Assembly (NCBI GenBank): GCA_007133565.1
Contig: SLMM01000088.1
Span: forward strand, 4,191-68,190
Length of the DNA: 64,000 bases
Source of the DNA: Bacteroidales bacterium
GTDB lineage: Bacteria > Bacteroidota > Bacteroidia > Bacteroidales > PUMT01
Reading direction: 5' to 3'
The notes under the pieces: model-generated
Told to the model about the DNA's origin: nothing
Database searches by the model: none
The model's input: only the letters and a program-made list of their open reading frames with translations
Part shown: positions 49,616 to 59,802 of the stretch, piece after piece
Layout: the number at the start of each line of letters is the position of its first letter
How positions within the stretch are numbered: the first letter of the stretch is position 1
Translations under genes and position numbers: made by a program

Positions 49616-49996
49616 TCAGTCTTCTACTTCAATCATCTTGAACGGTATACGTATTATAGATTCGTAATCTTCGCCCGCTTCAAGCATATCCTCATCGTCC
49701 TCCTCGTAATACCAGTTTACCACCACGTCATTCTTTGCCTTATGTATTGTCTCAAGTTTCTTGAAAACATCAAGTATGCACTTTGATGAGCTTGTATTAA
49801 AATACTCGAGATGTATATTTACAACTGTTTTTTCGGCCGGTGCACCGGAATACTGTTCAAGCCAGTCCACCAGTGGTTTGTAAAACTCTATGGAATTTTC
49901 GGGAATTGATCTTCCCTTGATCTCTACAAACCCCTGTTTCGCATCAAATCTTACCGAGGGAGTTTTCGGCGTACCTTCAATGATTATCGGTTCCAT
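49616..49996 (-). CDS. DUF1987 / SiaC-family regulatory phosphoprotein
   Basis: 126-aa ORF with N-terminus IIIEGTPKTPSVRFDAKQGFVEIKGRSIPEN and a YFNTSSS motif (Thr at residue 68), as in SiaC-like proteins. Confidence 0.7.
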   Translation of the reverse strand: MEPIIIEGTPKTPSVRFDAKQGFVEIKGRSIPENSIEFYKPLVDWLEQYSGAPAEKTVVNIHLEYFNTSSSKCILDVFKKLETIHKAKNDVVVNWYYEEDDEDMLEAGEDYESIIRIPFKMIEVED

Positions 49997-50025
49997 TCTA
50001 TGAAAAATATTTAAACTTTAAATTT

Positions 50026-50586
50026 TTAATTTTTGCTCTCTGATATATACACATTAAGGTTAAAGAAATCAAATTCATCGTTGTAGTTATGGAATACGTA
50101 GTCAAGCTTATTCCCGGTTTTCTTCGCTATATCAATAAGTCCGAGTCCCCCTCCCCCCTTTGACGAAAGCTTCTGATGATTCAGTACAAATTTGTACATA
50201 TCTTTCAGTTCCTCTTTCGAAAGGGAATTTATCTTGTCAATCTTTTCCCTGAGCTGTTTCACTTTGCCCGTGCGCACGAAGTTACCGGTCGAAATCCTGT
50301 ACATGCCCTCCTCCTTGGCAACTACCAGCACACCAAACCTGGCGTCAAACTCATCCTTTACCAGTTCGGGAATGTCGTCAATATGGTGAAAAAGATTCTG
50401 CAGGCTTTCTACAAGCACGTTATAGATTTTCTTTCTAACTGCTGATGCGGTTCTAATGTCTTCAAGCTTGGATTCTATTACTTCGAGAACATTAGTTATC
50501 AGGTCGGTGGTAATGCTTCCCTTGTATGCGAGAAGCACTTCGCCTTCATTCATCTTTTTATAGCTTTCCTGTAAATTAAAAGTCAT
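50026..50586 (-). CDS. SiaB-like / RsbW-like GHKL Ser/Thr protein kinase
   Basis: 186-aa ORF with a C-terminal G2-box (KGGGGLGLIDIAKK) and an N-box-like LVESLQNLFHH. It lies immediately upstream of the DUF1987 gene. Confidence 0.6.
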   Translation of the reverse strand: MTFNLQESYKKMNEGEVLLAYKGSITTDLITNVLEVIESKLEDIRTASAVRKKIYNVLVESLQNLFHHIDDIPELVKDEFDARFGVLVVAKEEGMYRISTGNFVRTGKVKQLREKIDKINSLSKEELKDMYKFVLNHQKLSSKGGGGLGLIDIAKKTGNKLDYVFHNYNDEFDFFNLNVYISESKN

Positions 50587-50635
50587 AAAAGGCTTATGCT
50601 TTGAGAGACAATACCCGATTGATCCAAACGCCGAA

Positions 50636-50643
50636 CAAATATA
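50636..50643 (-). promoter_or_regulatory. Candidate -7 box (TAtaTTTG) for the SiaB/SiaC-like operon
   Basis: Plus-strand caaatata is TATATTTG on the minus strand. It lies about 50 nt upstream of the ATG at 50586, in a 155-nt AT-rich gap. Confidence 0.35.
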
Positions 50644-50741
50644 ACAAAACTACAATTGTAAAAACAAAAAAATAGAGACATTAAAAATATATATTTATTC
50701 TCAATATGCAAGTCAATTTTAATAATAAAAAAAATAGCCTG

Positions 50742-51920
50742 CTATCTTTTACTCCCCTTATAGATCGAATATTTGAGATACCTGCATTCAAGAGGCCCGT
50801 TGTACAGCACTATTTTCCTCTCAGGCCTCAGTCCGGTATATTTTACAGCATCCAGGTTACTGCTCAGTATCCACGCATCATAACCTGCGTAATTTTTCTT
50901 CAAAATGTCTCCCAGTATTGTATGAAAAGCCCTGGCATTGTCCTGTTTCAGACGTTCACCGTATGGTGGATTTGTTACCATTACCCCGGCACCGGCCGGC
51001 GGTAACATCTCCTCAAACGCCGACACCCTGAAAGTCGTTTTTCTCCCAAGAAAGGCACTCTTTGCATTGCTTCTTGCCAGGCTGATTGCGGCAGAAGACT
51101 GATCGGAGCCGATAATAACCGGAGGTAATACCGGTCCGGCACGTTCTTCATTATATATACTTTCAAACAACTCACTGTCAAATCCGGGCCATTTCTCAAA
51201 TGCAAATTGTTTACGGTATATCCCGGGAGGAATATTCCATGCTATCATTGCTGCTTCGATGGGAATGGTGCCCGACCCGCACATAGGGTCTATGAAAGGT
51301 GATTCCCTGTCCCATCCCGATAGAAGAACCAGTCCGGCAGCCAGCACCTCATTAATCGGAGCATGCCCTGCTCCTGTACGGTACCCCCTCCGGTGCAGCG
51401 AATCGCCCGAAGAATCGAGAAGAAGATTACATTTGTCGCCCGAAATATGAAGATTTATCCTGACACCGGGATCATCGGTATCAACAGAAGGCCTTTTACC
51501 GGTACGGGCCCTGAACTGATCCGCTATCGCATCTTTTACCTTAAGAGCAATATACTTCGAATGGTTAAACCACGGAGAGCTCAAAACACCGTCAATTGCA
51601 AAGGTGCTGCCAGGAGGTATTATGCAGGACCAGTCAGCCTCAATTGCTCCCTTGTAGAGCTCATCCTCGTTCCTTGCCCTGAAAGACAGAAAGGGCTTAA
51701 GTATTCTGAGAGATGTTCTAAGCTGGAAATTGGCCCTGTAAAGCACCTCCTGGTTTCCTGTGAAGGTGACAACTCTTGTTCCCTTTCTTACAGACTTTCC
51801 GCCGATAGCTGTTATCTCATCAGCAAGCACACCCTCCAATCCCCTGAATGTCTTTGCGGCAATTTCAAAATAATCATCACCACCGTGGGGAAATACTTTG
51901 GCGTATTTACTTTCTTCCAA
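50742..51920 (-). CDS. THUMP-domain class I SAM-dependent RNA methyltransferase (RlmL/K-like)
   Basis: 392-aa ORF with an N-terminal THUMP layout, SAM-binding DPMCGSGT and catalytic NPPYGERL. Confidence 0.8.
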   Translation of the reverse strand: MEESKYAKVFPHGGDDYFEIAAKTFRGLEGVLADEITAIGGKSVRKGTRVVTFTGNQEVLYRANFQLRTSLRILKPFLSFRARNEDELYKGAIEADWSCIIPPGSTFAIDGVLSSPWFNHSKYIALKVKDAIADQFRARTGKRPSVDTDDPGVRINLHISGDKCNLLLDSSGDSLHRRGYRTGAGHAPINEVLAAGLVLLSGWDRESPFIDPMCGSGTIPIEAAMIAWNIPPGIYRKQFAFEKWPGFDSELFESIYNEERAGPVLPPVIIGSDQSSAAISLARSNAKSAFLGRKTTFRVSAFEEMLPPAGAGVMVTNPPYGERLKQDNARAFHTILGDILKKNYAGYDAWILSSNLDAVKYTGLRPERKIVLYNGPLECRYLKYSIYKGSKR

Positions 51921-51924
51921 CTAT

Positions 51925-52455
51925 TTACTTATTAAGTTTTAAAAATGACCTAACAATTTTTTCTGCCATTGCAGTTCTCTGACTGTCCTTGCCTGAGACA
52001 AGCCGCCATGGAACACCGGCAGCCTCTATTTCAGCAATATACATTTCAAGCAGACGTTCCCTCATCTCTCCACCGTTTTCTCTTACACCGTCCGGCACCC
52101 ATGGGATATCGGTGTTACACACAAGAAAAAGTTCAATTCCGGCATCCCTGATTGCCCTGTCGAGCCACTCAGGGTACCTTCCATAAACAACCCTAAACCA
52201 TACTTTGGTAACTATCAGGTGGGTGTCAAGAAACAAAACTCTGCTGGCACCGGCTGCATACTCCTGCGAGCGCCTGACCTGCTCAAGTGCTATATGCTCA
52301 ACATCCTCATAACGATATTGACGCCCCAGGCCGCTTACATATTCCCGGGCATATTCAGGTACCCACACAGTACGAAAAAGTGCTGCAAGCCTTTCAGCCA
52401 GTACCGTTTTTCCGGTCGACTCGGGTCCGGTTACAACAATATTCAGGACATCCAT
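51925..52455 (-). CDS. NadR-C-terminal-like P-loop kinase/ATPase
   Basis: 176-aa ORF with P-loop GPESTGKT followed by WVPEYAREY, as in ribosylnicotinamide-kinase-like AAA_28 proteins. Confidence 0.6.
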   Translation of the reverse strand: MDVLNIVVTGPESTGKTVLAERLAALFRTVWVPEYAREYVSGLGRQYRYEDVEHIALEQVRRSQEYAAGASRVLFLDTHLIVTKVWFRVVYGRYPEWLDRAIRDAGIELFLVCNTDIPWVPDGVRENGGEMRERLLEMYIAEIEAAGVPWRLVSGKDSQRTAMAEKIVRSFLKLNK

Positions 52456-52457
52456 TC

Positions 52458-54071
52458 TCAGTTATCAGCCGAATGAAGGCCATTGCGTATAATGGACTGG
52501 TAAGCGCGCCTATCGGATATTATTTCGACAGCCTTCATAAAAGCACTGTCGCGCGAATTGGAAATTTCAAAATACTCACTCATGCTCCAAAGGTCACGAG
52601 CAATGAGAGCCTTGATCTGGTTGGCAATGAGTGCGGCCGATTTTTCAAGTTCCTTTTCATCTACCACCACCCCCTCTTCTGCTCCGAAGCTGATAAATTC
52701 CTCCAGCAGGGTTCCGTATGCCGCAAACCTCTCCTTGTATATGCTGAAATCGGGATAGGCTGCTTTCAGCTCATCCCTGTTACGGTCAACGTATTTTAGA
52801 ATAAATCTGTTGAATATGCCCTGACGTACAAGGTCGCGGTAATAATTGGTATATGAGGTAGTGTCAAAGGGCACAAACACATCAGGCATTATACCCCCGC
52901 CACCATATACCGGCCTTTTATTGACCTTTGTATAGAACCTGAGTGAGTCGGGTAACATTATGCTGTCAACGCTGAAATACTCTCCGTTCACATATCGCCG
53001 GTAGGCATCCAGCGAATACTCATCAACGCCCTGATCGTATGGTTTCTGTATCAGTCTTCCTGTTGGTGTGTAATACCTGGCCACTGTAAGTCTTATCATC
53101 GAACCGTCGGGAAGGTTTACAGGTCTTTGAACCAAACCCTTGCCAAACGATCTCCTCCCCACTACAACACCCCTGTCCCAATCCTGCACAGCACCTGCAA
53201 CAATCTCACTTGCCGATGCCGATCCCTCATTCAGAAGGATAACAAGCCTGCCATCAGTAAAATCACCTGCCCTGGTGGAAACATAATCCATTTTGGAAAT
53301 ATTCAGCCCCTCTGTATATACTATCATCTTGTCCCTGTCGAGAAAGTGGTCGGACAGGGTGATTGATTCCTGAAGATAACCGCCGCCATTTTCGCGAAGG
53401 TCAAGTATGAGGTTTTTCATATTCCTCCCCTTCAGTTTTTCCAGTGCCTCCTCAAACTCCTGCACAGTGGTGAACGAAAACCTGTTCAGCCTTATATAGC
53501 CGGTCTCCTTATCAACCATATAGGCGGCATCAAGACTGAAAATCGGGATCTTGTCGCGTGTAATGGTAAAATCTAAAAGATCAGTCTGATTACGTCGCTT
53601 TATGGTAACAGTGACACGTGTCCCTTTCTCTCCCATAAGTTTTTCCCTTACCTGGGTATTGGTGATACCGATTCCTGCAACATTCTCAGAGTCTATCCTT
53701 ACTATCCTGTCGCCGGCAAGAATCCCAACTCTTTCGGATGGGCCGCCTGATATTGGCGATATAATAAATATGGTATCATTAAGCAGGTTGAACTGAACCC
53801 CTATTCCCTCGAAGTTACCCTGGAGAGGCTCATTCATCGCCTGCACCTCATCCTTGTTTATATAGACCGAATGGGGATCAAGTTTTTTCAGCATTTCAAC
53901 TATCGCATGCTCTACAAGCTGATCCTGGTCGACCGAATCGACATAGAAACTTGCAATGGAACCCAGCGCCCTGCTGAATTTGTATATCTGATCATTAAAT
54001 ATCTGTGCGTCCGTTGTCCGGGGCACAAATACCAGTGCTGCTGCAAACAGTAAAATAAACAAACGTCTCAT
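52458..54071 (-). CDS. S41-family C-terminal processing peptidase with PDZ domain
   Basis: Signal peptide, PDZ domain (GILAGDRIVRID), and S41 motifs LDLRENGGGY and NEGSASASEI. Confidence 0.85.
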   Translation of the reverse strand: MRRLFILLFAAALVFVPRTTDAQIFNDQIYKFSRALGSIASFYVDSVDQDQLVEHAIVEMLKKLDPHSVYINKDEVQAMNEPLQGNFEGIGVQFNLLNDTIFIISPISGGPSERVGILAGDRIVRIDSENVAGIGITNTQVREKLMGEKGTRVTVTIKRRNQTDLLDFTITRDKIPIFSLDAAYMVDKETGYIRLNRFSFTTVQEFEEALEKLKGRNMKNLILDLRENGGGYLQESITLSDHFLDRDKMIVYTEGLNISKMDYVSTRAGDFTDGRLVILLNEGSASASEIVAGAVQDWDRGVVVGRRSFGKGLVQRPVNLPDGSMIRLTVARYYTPTGRLIQKPYDQGVDEYSLDAYRRYVNGEYFSVDSIMLPDSLRFYTKVNKRPVYGGGGIMPDVFVPFDTTSYTNYYRDLVRQGIFNRFILKYVDRNRDELKAAYPDFSIYKERFAAYGTLLEEFISFGAEEGVVVDEKELEKSAALIANQIKALIARDLWSMSEYFEISNSRDSAFMKAVEIISDRRAYQSIIRNGLHSADN

Positions 54072-54294
54072 GCTAATATATTTTCTATACTGTATATTTC
54101 AGGACAAAAGTTGTACCAAATAAACGGTGTGAATGTCTGTTTTGTTGAAAGGGGTATTTAATTTAACAATTGTTAGTATCAAAATGTCCTGAAAACCGTT
54201 AACGGGATCATGTCCGGCATCTGTACCAGCCGGCCTTCAAAGTTAATTATTTTTGCTTATATATCAATAAATTGCATAAAGGAGGCAGGATCGG

Positions 54295-55824
54295 TTACTC
54301 CCATTCAATGGTGGCAGGCGGCTTTGAACTTATATCGTAAACCACCCTGTTTACCCCCCTAACACGGTTGATAATTTCATTCGATATCCTGCTCAGGAAA
54401 TCATAAGGCAAATGTACCCAGTCGGCCGTCATACCGTCAGTGGATGTCACGGCGCGCAATGCCACCACATTCTCATAGGTCCGCTCATCTCCCATAACAC
54501 CTACCGATCTAACCGGCAGAAGTACTGCTGCAGCCTGCCATACCTGTTCATACAGTCCGCTATCAACAAGTCCCCGCACAAAAATATCGTCAACTTCCTG
54601 CAGAATGGCAATCCTTGCAGCCGTCACCTCACCAACCACCCTGATGCCCAGTCCGGGGCCCGGGAAAGGATGACGCCCGAGCAGCGCCCTGTCAATTCCA
54701 AGGGTGCTGCCAACCTTTCTCACCTCATCCTTGAAAAGCAGTTTCAGGGGCTCAATAACCTTTAGTTGCATAACCTCAGGCAACCCTCCAACATTATGGT
54801 GCGATTTTATCGTTGCGCTGGGACCGTTTACCGAGACCGACTCAATAATATCAGGATAGATGGTCCCCTGTGCAAGCCATTTAACATCCTTAAGCCTCTT
54901 TGCCTCCTCCTCGAACACCTCAATAAAACAGCGCCCTATCACTTTCCTCTTCTCTTCCGGCTCATCAACACCGGCAAGCGCATCAAGAAATCTTTTTTTT
55001 GCATCCACCCCCTTTACATTCAGGCCCATATACTCGTATGAGCTGAGCACCTTAGGGAACTCATCTTTACGGAGCAACCCGTTATCTACAAATATGCAGG
55101 TAAGGCTGCTTCCTACTGCCCGGTGCAGCAGCATTGCAGTTACCGATGAGTCGACCCCCCCTGAAAGGCCAAGGATAACCTTCTCATCACCCAGTTCGGA
55201 CCTGAGCATCTCAACAGCCTCCTCCACAAATGATGCCGGGGTCCAGTCAGCCCTGCAGCCGCAGATATCATCAACGAAATTCTTAAGTATCAGCTTGCCT
55301 TCGGTTGTGTGGTACACTTCAGGATGAAACTGTATACCGTAGATCTGCTCACCATCAACCTGGTAGGCGGCCACAGGAACATCGGCGGTGCTTCCTGTCA
55401 CCCGGTAGTTTCCGGGAAGCTTCTGTATGCTGTCGCCATGCGACATCCACACCTGGGTGCCTTCACTAACCCCGGAAAACAGGTCGGAGCTGACATCAAG
55501 AGTATCCAGCCTTGCCCTTCCGTACTCCCTCGTGGCGGCAGGCGCTACATCGCCTCCGTCACTGAATGCAATAAACTGTGCCCCGTAGCAGATGCCGAGG
55601 ACCGGCAGCCTTCCCCTGACAAGACCCAGGTCGGGTACCGGAGCCCCGCTGTCCCTTACCGAGAAGGGGCTTCCCGACAATATTACCCCTTTGACCGAAG
55701 CATCAGGTGCGGGATATCTGTTGTACGGGTAGATCTCGCAGTAGACATGAAGTTCCCGCACCTTCCTTGCTATAAGCTGCGTATATTGTGACCCGAAATC
55801 GAGAATGAGTATTTTGTCCTGCAT
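54295..55824 (-). CDS. guaA: GMP synthase (glutamine-hydrolysing)
   Basis: GATase domain ([21 protein letters not shown]), ATP-PPase motif GLSGGVDSS, and a C-terminus ending PPATIEWE. I chose the ATG at 55824 ([11 protein letters not shown]). Confidence 0.95.
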   Translation of the reverse strand: MQDKILILDFGSQYTQLIARKVRELHVYCEIYPYNRYPAPDASVKGVILSGSPFSVRDSGAPVPDLGLVRGRLPVLGICYGAQFIAFSDGGDVAPAATREYGRARLDTLDVSSDLFSGVSEGTQVWMSHGDSIQKLPGNYRVTGSTADVPVAAYQVDGEQIYGIQFHPEVYHTTEGKLILKNFVDDICGCRADWTPASFVEEAVEMLRSELGDEKVILGLSGGVDSSVTAMLLHRAVGSSLTCIFVDNGLLRKDEFPKVLSSYEYMGLNVKGVDAKKRFLDALAGVDEPEEKRKVIGRCFIEVFEEEAKRLKDVKWLAQGTIYPDIIESVSVNGPSATIKSHHNVGGLPEVMQLKVIEPLKLLFKDEVRKVGSTLGIDRALLGRHPFPGPGLGIRVVGEVTAARIAILQEVDDIFVRGLVDSGLYEQVWQAAAVLLPVRSVGVMGDERTYENVVALRAVTSTDGMTADWVHLPYDFLSRISNEIINRVRGVNRVVYDISSKPPATIEWE

Positions 55825-56032
55825 AGAATTATAAGTTTTACCGGAATTTATTTCCCTTTCGGGGAAGTTAACGGCCACTTTTCAGGGTAACAAATGCCGC
55901 GGCCGCTAAATTACAAATTTTTTTTGGGTTCGAGCCCCATCACCAGCCCCGATCAGAAGCAGAAGATACCCTGAATACCGGCACCGGCAAAAAACAGCAG
56001 CTCCTTACGCTGCCGGATAATTTAAAATACAC

Positions 56033-56040
56033 TAACTTTG
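56033..56040 (+). promoter_or_regulatory. Candidate -7 box (TAacTTTG) for the DUF1080 gene
   Basis: Perfect TAnnTTTG match 80 nt upstream of the ATG at 56120. Confidence 0.35.
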
Positions 56041-56119
56041 CCATTAAGAAGATACAACCGATCGTATCAAACGCTCATTAAATTTATATGAACAGTAATA
56101 AAACCAAAAACTTATCAAA

Positions 56120-56878
56120 ATGCAAAAGAACAGTTTATTTATTTCAGGATTTGTAATCTTCTTCGCCCTGTCGTGCCTGGCAGGATGCGGACCAAGGACT
56201 GAGCGGGAAGCAGAAGAGGCCGAAGAGCTTCACAATGTGCTTACAGAAGAGGAGATAGCCGAAGGATGGGAACTGCTTTTTGACGGCAGGACCACAAGGG
56301 GCTGGAGAGGCTTCCAGAAAGACGACCTGACCATCGACGAAGGATGGTACGCGCATCAGGGAATGCTCGTGGCACAGGGTATAGGGTGTGACCTTACCGG
56401 CGATATTGTTACGCGGAGAGAATTTGAAAATTTCATCCTGGAGGCGGACTGGAGAATAAGTGAAGGAGGAAATTCGGGCATCTTTTACCTTGTGGGCGAG
56501 AACGGTTACCCGGCAGCATACGCTACAGGGCCCGAATACCAGATACTCGATGACCTCGGCTACCCGGTTGAGCTTGACCCCACATGGTACACAGCTGCCA
56601 ATTATGACATGCATTCTCCCGTCGACCCCCCGGTCAAGCCTGCCGGAGAGTGGAATACCTCGAGGATTGTGGTGGATAACGGCCATGTTGAGCACTGGCT
56701 GAACGGAGAGAAGGTTGTTGAATATGAGTTGTGGACTGATGAGTGGGAAGAGCTTGTTGAAGACAGCAAATGGGCAGAATACCCGAATTACGGTAGATAC
56801 CGCAGGGGGCATATCGGGTTGCAGGATCATGGCGACCAGGTATGGTTCAGGAACATCAGGATCAGGGAACTGGACTGA
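56120..56878 (+). CDS. DUF1080 (3-keto-disaccharide-hydrolase-like, ConA-fold) lipoprotein
   Basis: Lipobox LAGC, with GNSGIFY, PEYQILDD and GHIGLQDHGDQVWFRNIRIREL motifs typical of DUF1080. Confidence 0.8.
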   Translation: MQKNSLFISGFVIFFALSCLAGCGPRTEREAEEAEELHNVLTEEEIAEGWELLFDGRTTRGWRGFQKDDLTIDEGWYAHQGMLVAQGIGCDLTGDIVTRREFENFILEADWRISEGGNSGIFYLVGENGYPAAYATGPEYQILDDLGYPVELDPTWYTAANYDMHSPVDPPVKPAGEWNTSRIVVDNGHVEHWLNGEKVVEYELWTDEWEELVEDSKWAEYPNYGRYRRGHIGLQDHGDQVWFRNIRIRELD

Positions 56879-56929
56879 TATCCGTTGCCGTTAACTTTTC
56901 CGTAAAGGATTAAAAAATCAAACAGACAG

Positions 56930-56958
56930 GAGCCGGCTCATATATGTGCCGGCTCTTT
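56930..56958. terminator. Terminator hairpin between the convergent DUF1080 and transglutaminase-like genes
   Basis: gagccggc / gccggctc forms an 8-bp stem with a 10-nt loop, followed by ttt on the plus strand. A T-rich stretch follows it on the minus strand. Confidence 0.6.
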
Positions 56959-58401
56959 CTATTGGTACTCAACCTCCATCCGGTAGCTCCATTTGTCGAA
57001 ATAAAGGTTGCCTCCGTCCCACTCAAGCTCACCTCTCTGGAAGTCCAGTGGTTCGCTTCGCGGATGATCCTTGGGCGGATAGAGCCGCATACCATAGTCG
57101 TTATTGACGGTCAGCCTGTAACTGTCCATTCCTGTTATGTAGAACTCAGAAACACCGGCAATACCGGAGGGCTGAAGTTTAAATGAAACATCTACCGGCA
57201 CCCAGCCGGCTGGTTCGAGCCAAACCTCAGACCAGTCATGCAGGTTTACATGGCCCGGGTGCATCATCCACCCGCTCTGCCATCTTGCAGGCACGCCGGC
57301 ATAGCGGCACAGGGCCAGGAACAGCATTGTCTGCATTCCGCAATCGCCCCTCCGGTTCGACAGCACGTAACCGGGTATGTCAGGCATCAGGCCGTATTCG
57401 ATAGCCGAAGTCCATATTATATTGTCATTTATCCACAGGTAAAAGGCCCTGACTTTCTCATAATCGCTCATTCCGGGGGTGACAAGAGACCCGGCCAGTT
57501 CTTTTATCTCATCGCTGAATACTATATGAGGTTGCCTTTCGGCGGTATAGGCTTCTGTATGCACAGGTGCATGAGACTCCCGGCGAGCAGTAAAAAGGGC
57601 GGGCGGAAAATACTGGCTCCAGGACCTGAACTGCAGTTCCATGCTGAAAACCGCCGGTTCCCCCTCAACTGCCGTCTGCTCAAAATATACAGTGCGCTGT
57701 TTTGTTTCCGGCGGTGCCACAATATAGCCCGCCGGATCAGCCGAGATCAGGTTTACCATGTCCTGTCTCGGGGTATCCTCGCGCGGATATGGCATCCAGC
57801 ATCTTATAACTTCCCCTGGCGGTACGGCATCAGCATCGAGGGTAATGGTATACCTTATGGCCATTGTTTTCGGGTTGATTGCCGCGCCGGCCCCCGCAAC
57901 TGCAGTCTTGTCAAGTATTTTTCCGATCTCACCCATACATACTTCAGCAAGCGAGCGGTCGCGCTCAATGTCTATCTGTTTTTCCCTCCTGAGTGAATCA
58001 TTTATCCTGTAAAGGTTCCGGTGCGCCCACCTGAAGTATCTCCGCTCACCGTCTATCCACATATATTCCAGCTCACCCGCCTCTTCCCATTTCCTGAGGT
58101 GATCCTCATCTGCATCAACCGAGTCATTTGCCAGCCTTTCCAGCACATCACCCTCCTTATGGGGAAAGTCGATCATGAACCGCCTGGCCCGGTCAGCCAG
58201 GCTGTCAAGCTCCCTGCGCTGCGGCCCGTCAGGCGCTATCACGGAGTTCTCATCCTCAGCCATCTCTATTAACCTGCTCAATTGACCCGATCTTAAAAGT
58301 TCCCTGGCCTCTTCCATACCGTTGTTATTACTATGGTTGGCGCACCCAGCTGCCACTGCAAGCAGTCCGGCCAGGACAAAAATATGCATAATTCTATTCA
58401 T
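56959..58401 (-). CDS. Transglutaminase-like (papain-fold Cys) lipoprotein
   Basis: Lipobox AAGC. The core motif RRGDCGMQTMLFLALCRYAGVPARWQSGW carries the conserved nucleophile Cys, with downstream His/Asp in HDWSEVW. Confidence 0.75.
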   Translation of the reverse strand: MNRIMHIFVLAGLLAVAAGCANHSNNNGMEEARELLRSGQLSRLIEMAEDENSVIAPDGPQRRELDSLADRARRFMIDFPHKEGDVLERLANDSVDADEDHLRKWEEAGELEYMWIDGERRYFRWAHRNLYRINDSLRREKQIDIERDRSLAEVCMGEIGKILDKTAVAGAGAAINPKTMAIRYTITLDADAVPPGEVIRCWMPYPREDTPRQDMVNLISADPAGYIVAPPETKQRTVYFEQTAVEGEPAVFSMELQFRSWSQYFPPALFTARRESHAPVHTEAYTAERQPHIVFSDEIKELAGSLVTPGMSDYEKVRAFYLWINDNIIWTSAIEYGLMPDIPGYVLSNRRGDCGMQTMLFLALCRYAGVPARWQSGWMMHPGHVNLHDWSEVWLEPAGWVPVDVSFKLQPSGIAGVSEFYITGMDSYRLTVNNDYGMRLYPPKDHPRSEPLDFQRGELEWDGGNLYFDKWSYRMEVEYQ

Positions 58402-58486
58402 TGCCGATGGTTTTAATCCGCACTCTGCCCGATATTTTTTACTTTTACAATATTAATTAAAAACATTTTAACCAGAATTAATTACC

Positions 58487-59704
58487 ATGAGATTAGCCAT
58501 TGCCATGATTTTTCTTGCATCAGGAATGCTTACGGCCCAGGTACGAACAGGAATAGAGGTTCTGGCAGGCAGCGGATTTGAACCATTGTCAGGCAAGAGG
58601 GTGGGACTTATAACCAATCCTACCGGGGTTGACAGCAGGCTTAAATCGACAGCCGACATACTGTTCGAAGCGCCGGAGGTAGAGCTGGTGGCGCTGTTCG
58701 GGCCCGAACACGGTATCAGGGGCGACTTCGCAGCCGGAGAGAAGGTCGGGACAATGTTTGATGAGGTTACCGGGTTGCCGCTTTTCAGCCTTTACGGAGC
58801 AACCCGTAAACCAACCCCCGAAATGCTCGAACGTATAGATATTCTTGTTTACGATATACAGGATATCGGCTCCAGGTCTTATACCTACATAAGCACAATG
58901 GGGCTTGCAATGGAAGCCGCAGCGGAACAGGGCATTGAATTCATGGTGCTGGACAGGCCAAACCCGCTTGGCGGGAACAAGTTCGAAGGGCCGCTCGTGG
59001 AGGATGAGTTCATATCTTTCGTCAGCCAGTTCCCGATAACCTATGTTCATGGATTTACGGCAGGCGAGCTTGCCCATTTCCTCAATGAAGAAGGAATGCT
59101 GAACAGCGGGCCCGTAAAGCTGACTGTCATACAGATGGAGGGATGGGATCGCAACATGCTGTTTGATGATACAGGCCTGCCCTGGGTGCCCACATCACCT
59201 CATGTACCTCACTCCCACTCGGCCTGGTATTACCCGGTATCGGGAATACTGGGCGAGCTGTATGTCTTCAACATAGGAGTGGGTTACACCCTGCCCTTCC
59301 AGCTTATAGGGGCGGACTTTATTGATGCCCGGAATCTTGCAGCAAACCTCAACGACCTCAGGCTGCCCGGAGTCACCTTCAGGCCGGTACATTTCAGGCC
59401 TTATTACAGCGTTCTGAGTGGTGTGATGGTTAGCGGTGTGCAGATACACCTTACTGACGTTCAAAGCGCTGACCTGACGCTGGTCCAGTTCTGGGTAATG
59501 CAGGAGATAAACCGGCTGCACCCGGACAAGAACCCGTTTGAGATGTGCGATCCGGCCCGTCACGACATGTTCGACAGGGTTGTAGGTACCGACAAGGTGA
59601 GGAAAGCTTTTTCAAAACGGTTCAGGGTTCAGGATATCCTGGAAATCTGGACCGGGCAGGAGTCCGCTTTCGCCGAAAGGGCGGCAGAATATTTCCTTTA
59701 CTGA
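58487..59704 (+). CDS. namZ: DUF1343 / NamZ-family exo-beta-N-acetylmuramidase-like protein, exported
   Basis: Signal peptide, KRVGLITNPTGVD, and LFGPEHG and VYDIQDIG motifs typical of DUF1343 (B. subtilis YbbC/NamZ family). Confidence 0.7.
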   Translation: MRLAIAMIFLASGMLTAQVRTGIEVLAGSGFEPLSGKRVGLITNPTGVDSRLKSTADILFEAPEVELVALFGPEHGIRGDFAAGEKVGTMFDEVTGLPLFSLYGATRKPTPEMLERIDILVYDIQDIGSRSYTYISTMGLAMEAAAEQGIEFMVLDRPNPLGGNKFEGPLVEDEFISFVSQFPITYVHGFTAGELAHFLNEEGMLNSGPVKLTVIQMEGWDRNMLFDDTGLPWVPTSPHVPHSHSAWYYPVSGILGELYVFNIGVGYTLPFQLIGADFIDARNLAANLNDLRLPGVTFRPVHFRPYYSVLSGVMVSGVQIHLTDVQSADLTLVQFWVMQEINRLHPDKNPFEMCDPARHDMFDRVVGTDKVRKAFSKRFRVQDILEIWTGQESAFAERAAEYFLY

Positions 59705-59802
59705 ACTTTTACCGGAACTTTCAGCCACATAATGTAAATGATCTGGCGTTATACCAGCCGCAGGTCAATAAACCATGTGGATACCATGCGTTTTGACTTT
59801 TG

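Noticed and set aside
55926-55945. tRNA T-arm-like sequence (gggttcgagcccc followed by atcacca) in the 295-nt guaA/DUF1080 intergenic region. It could be a tRNA or an integration-site remnant.
   Set aside because: The sequence upstream is a T8 run and AT-rich spacer, with no D-arm, anticodon arm or acceptor 5' strand, so there is no cloverleaf. No integrase or direct-repeat partner occurs in the window. It may be chance, and tRNAscan-SE or Infernal would settle it.
57238-57996. Long antisense ORFs opposite well-supported genes. They are 57238-57996 (252 aa), 60823-61620 (265 aa), 56144-56830 (228 aa), 19294-19857 (187 aa), 42883-43413 (176 aa), 21500-22030 (176 aa) and 20326-20766 (146 aa).
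   Set aside because: Each lies fully inside a gene with strong family motifs on the other strand (transglutaminase-like, ampG, DUF1080, tpiA, clpB and the 1497-aa ORF). Their translations are low-complexity and rich in Arg/Ser/Pro, as expected for shadow frames. None has a motif or plausible start context.
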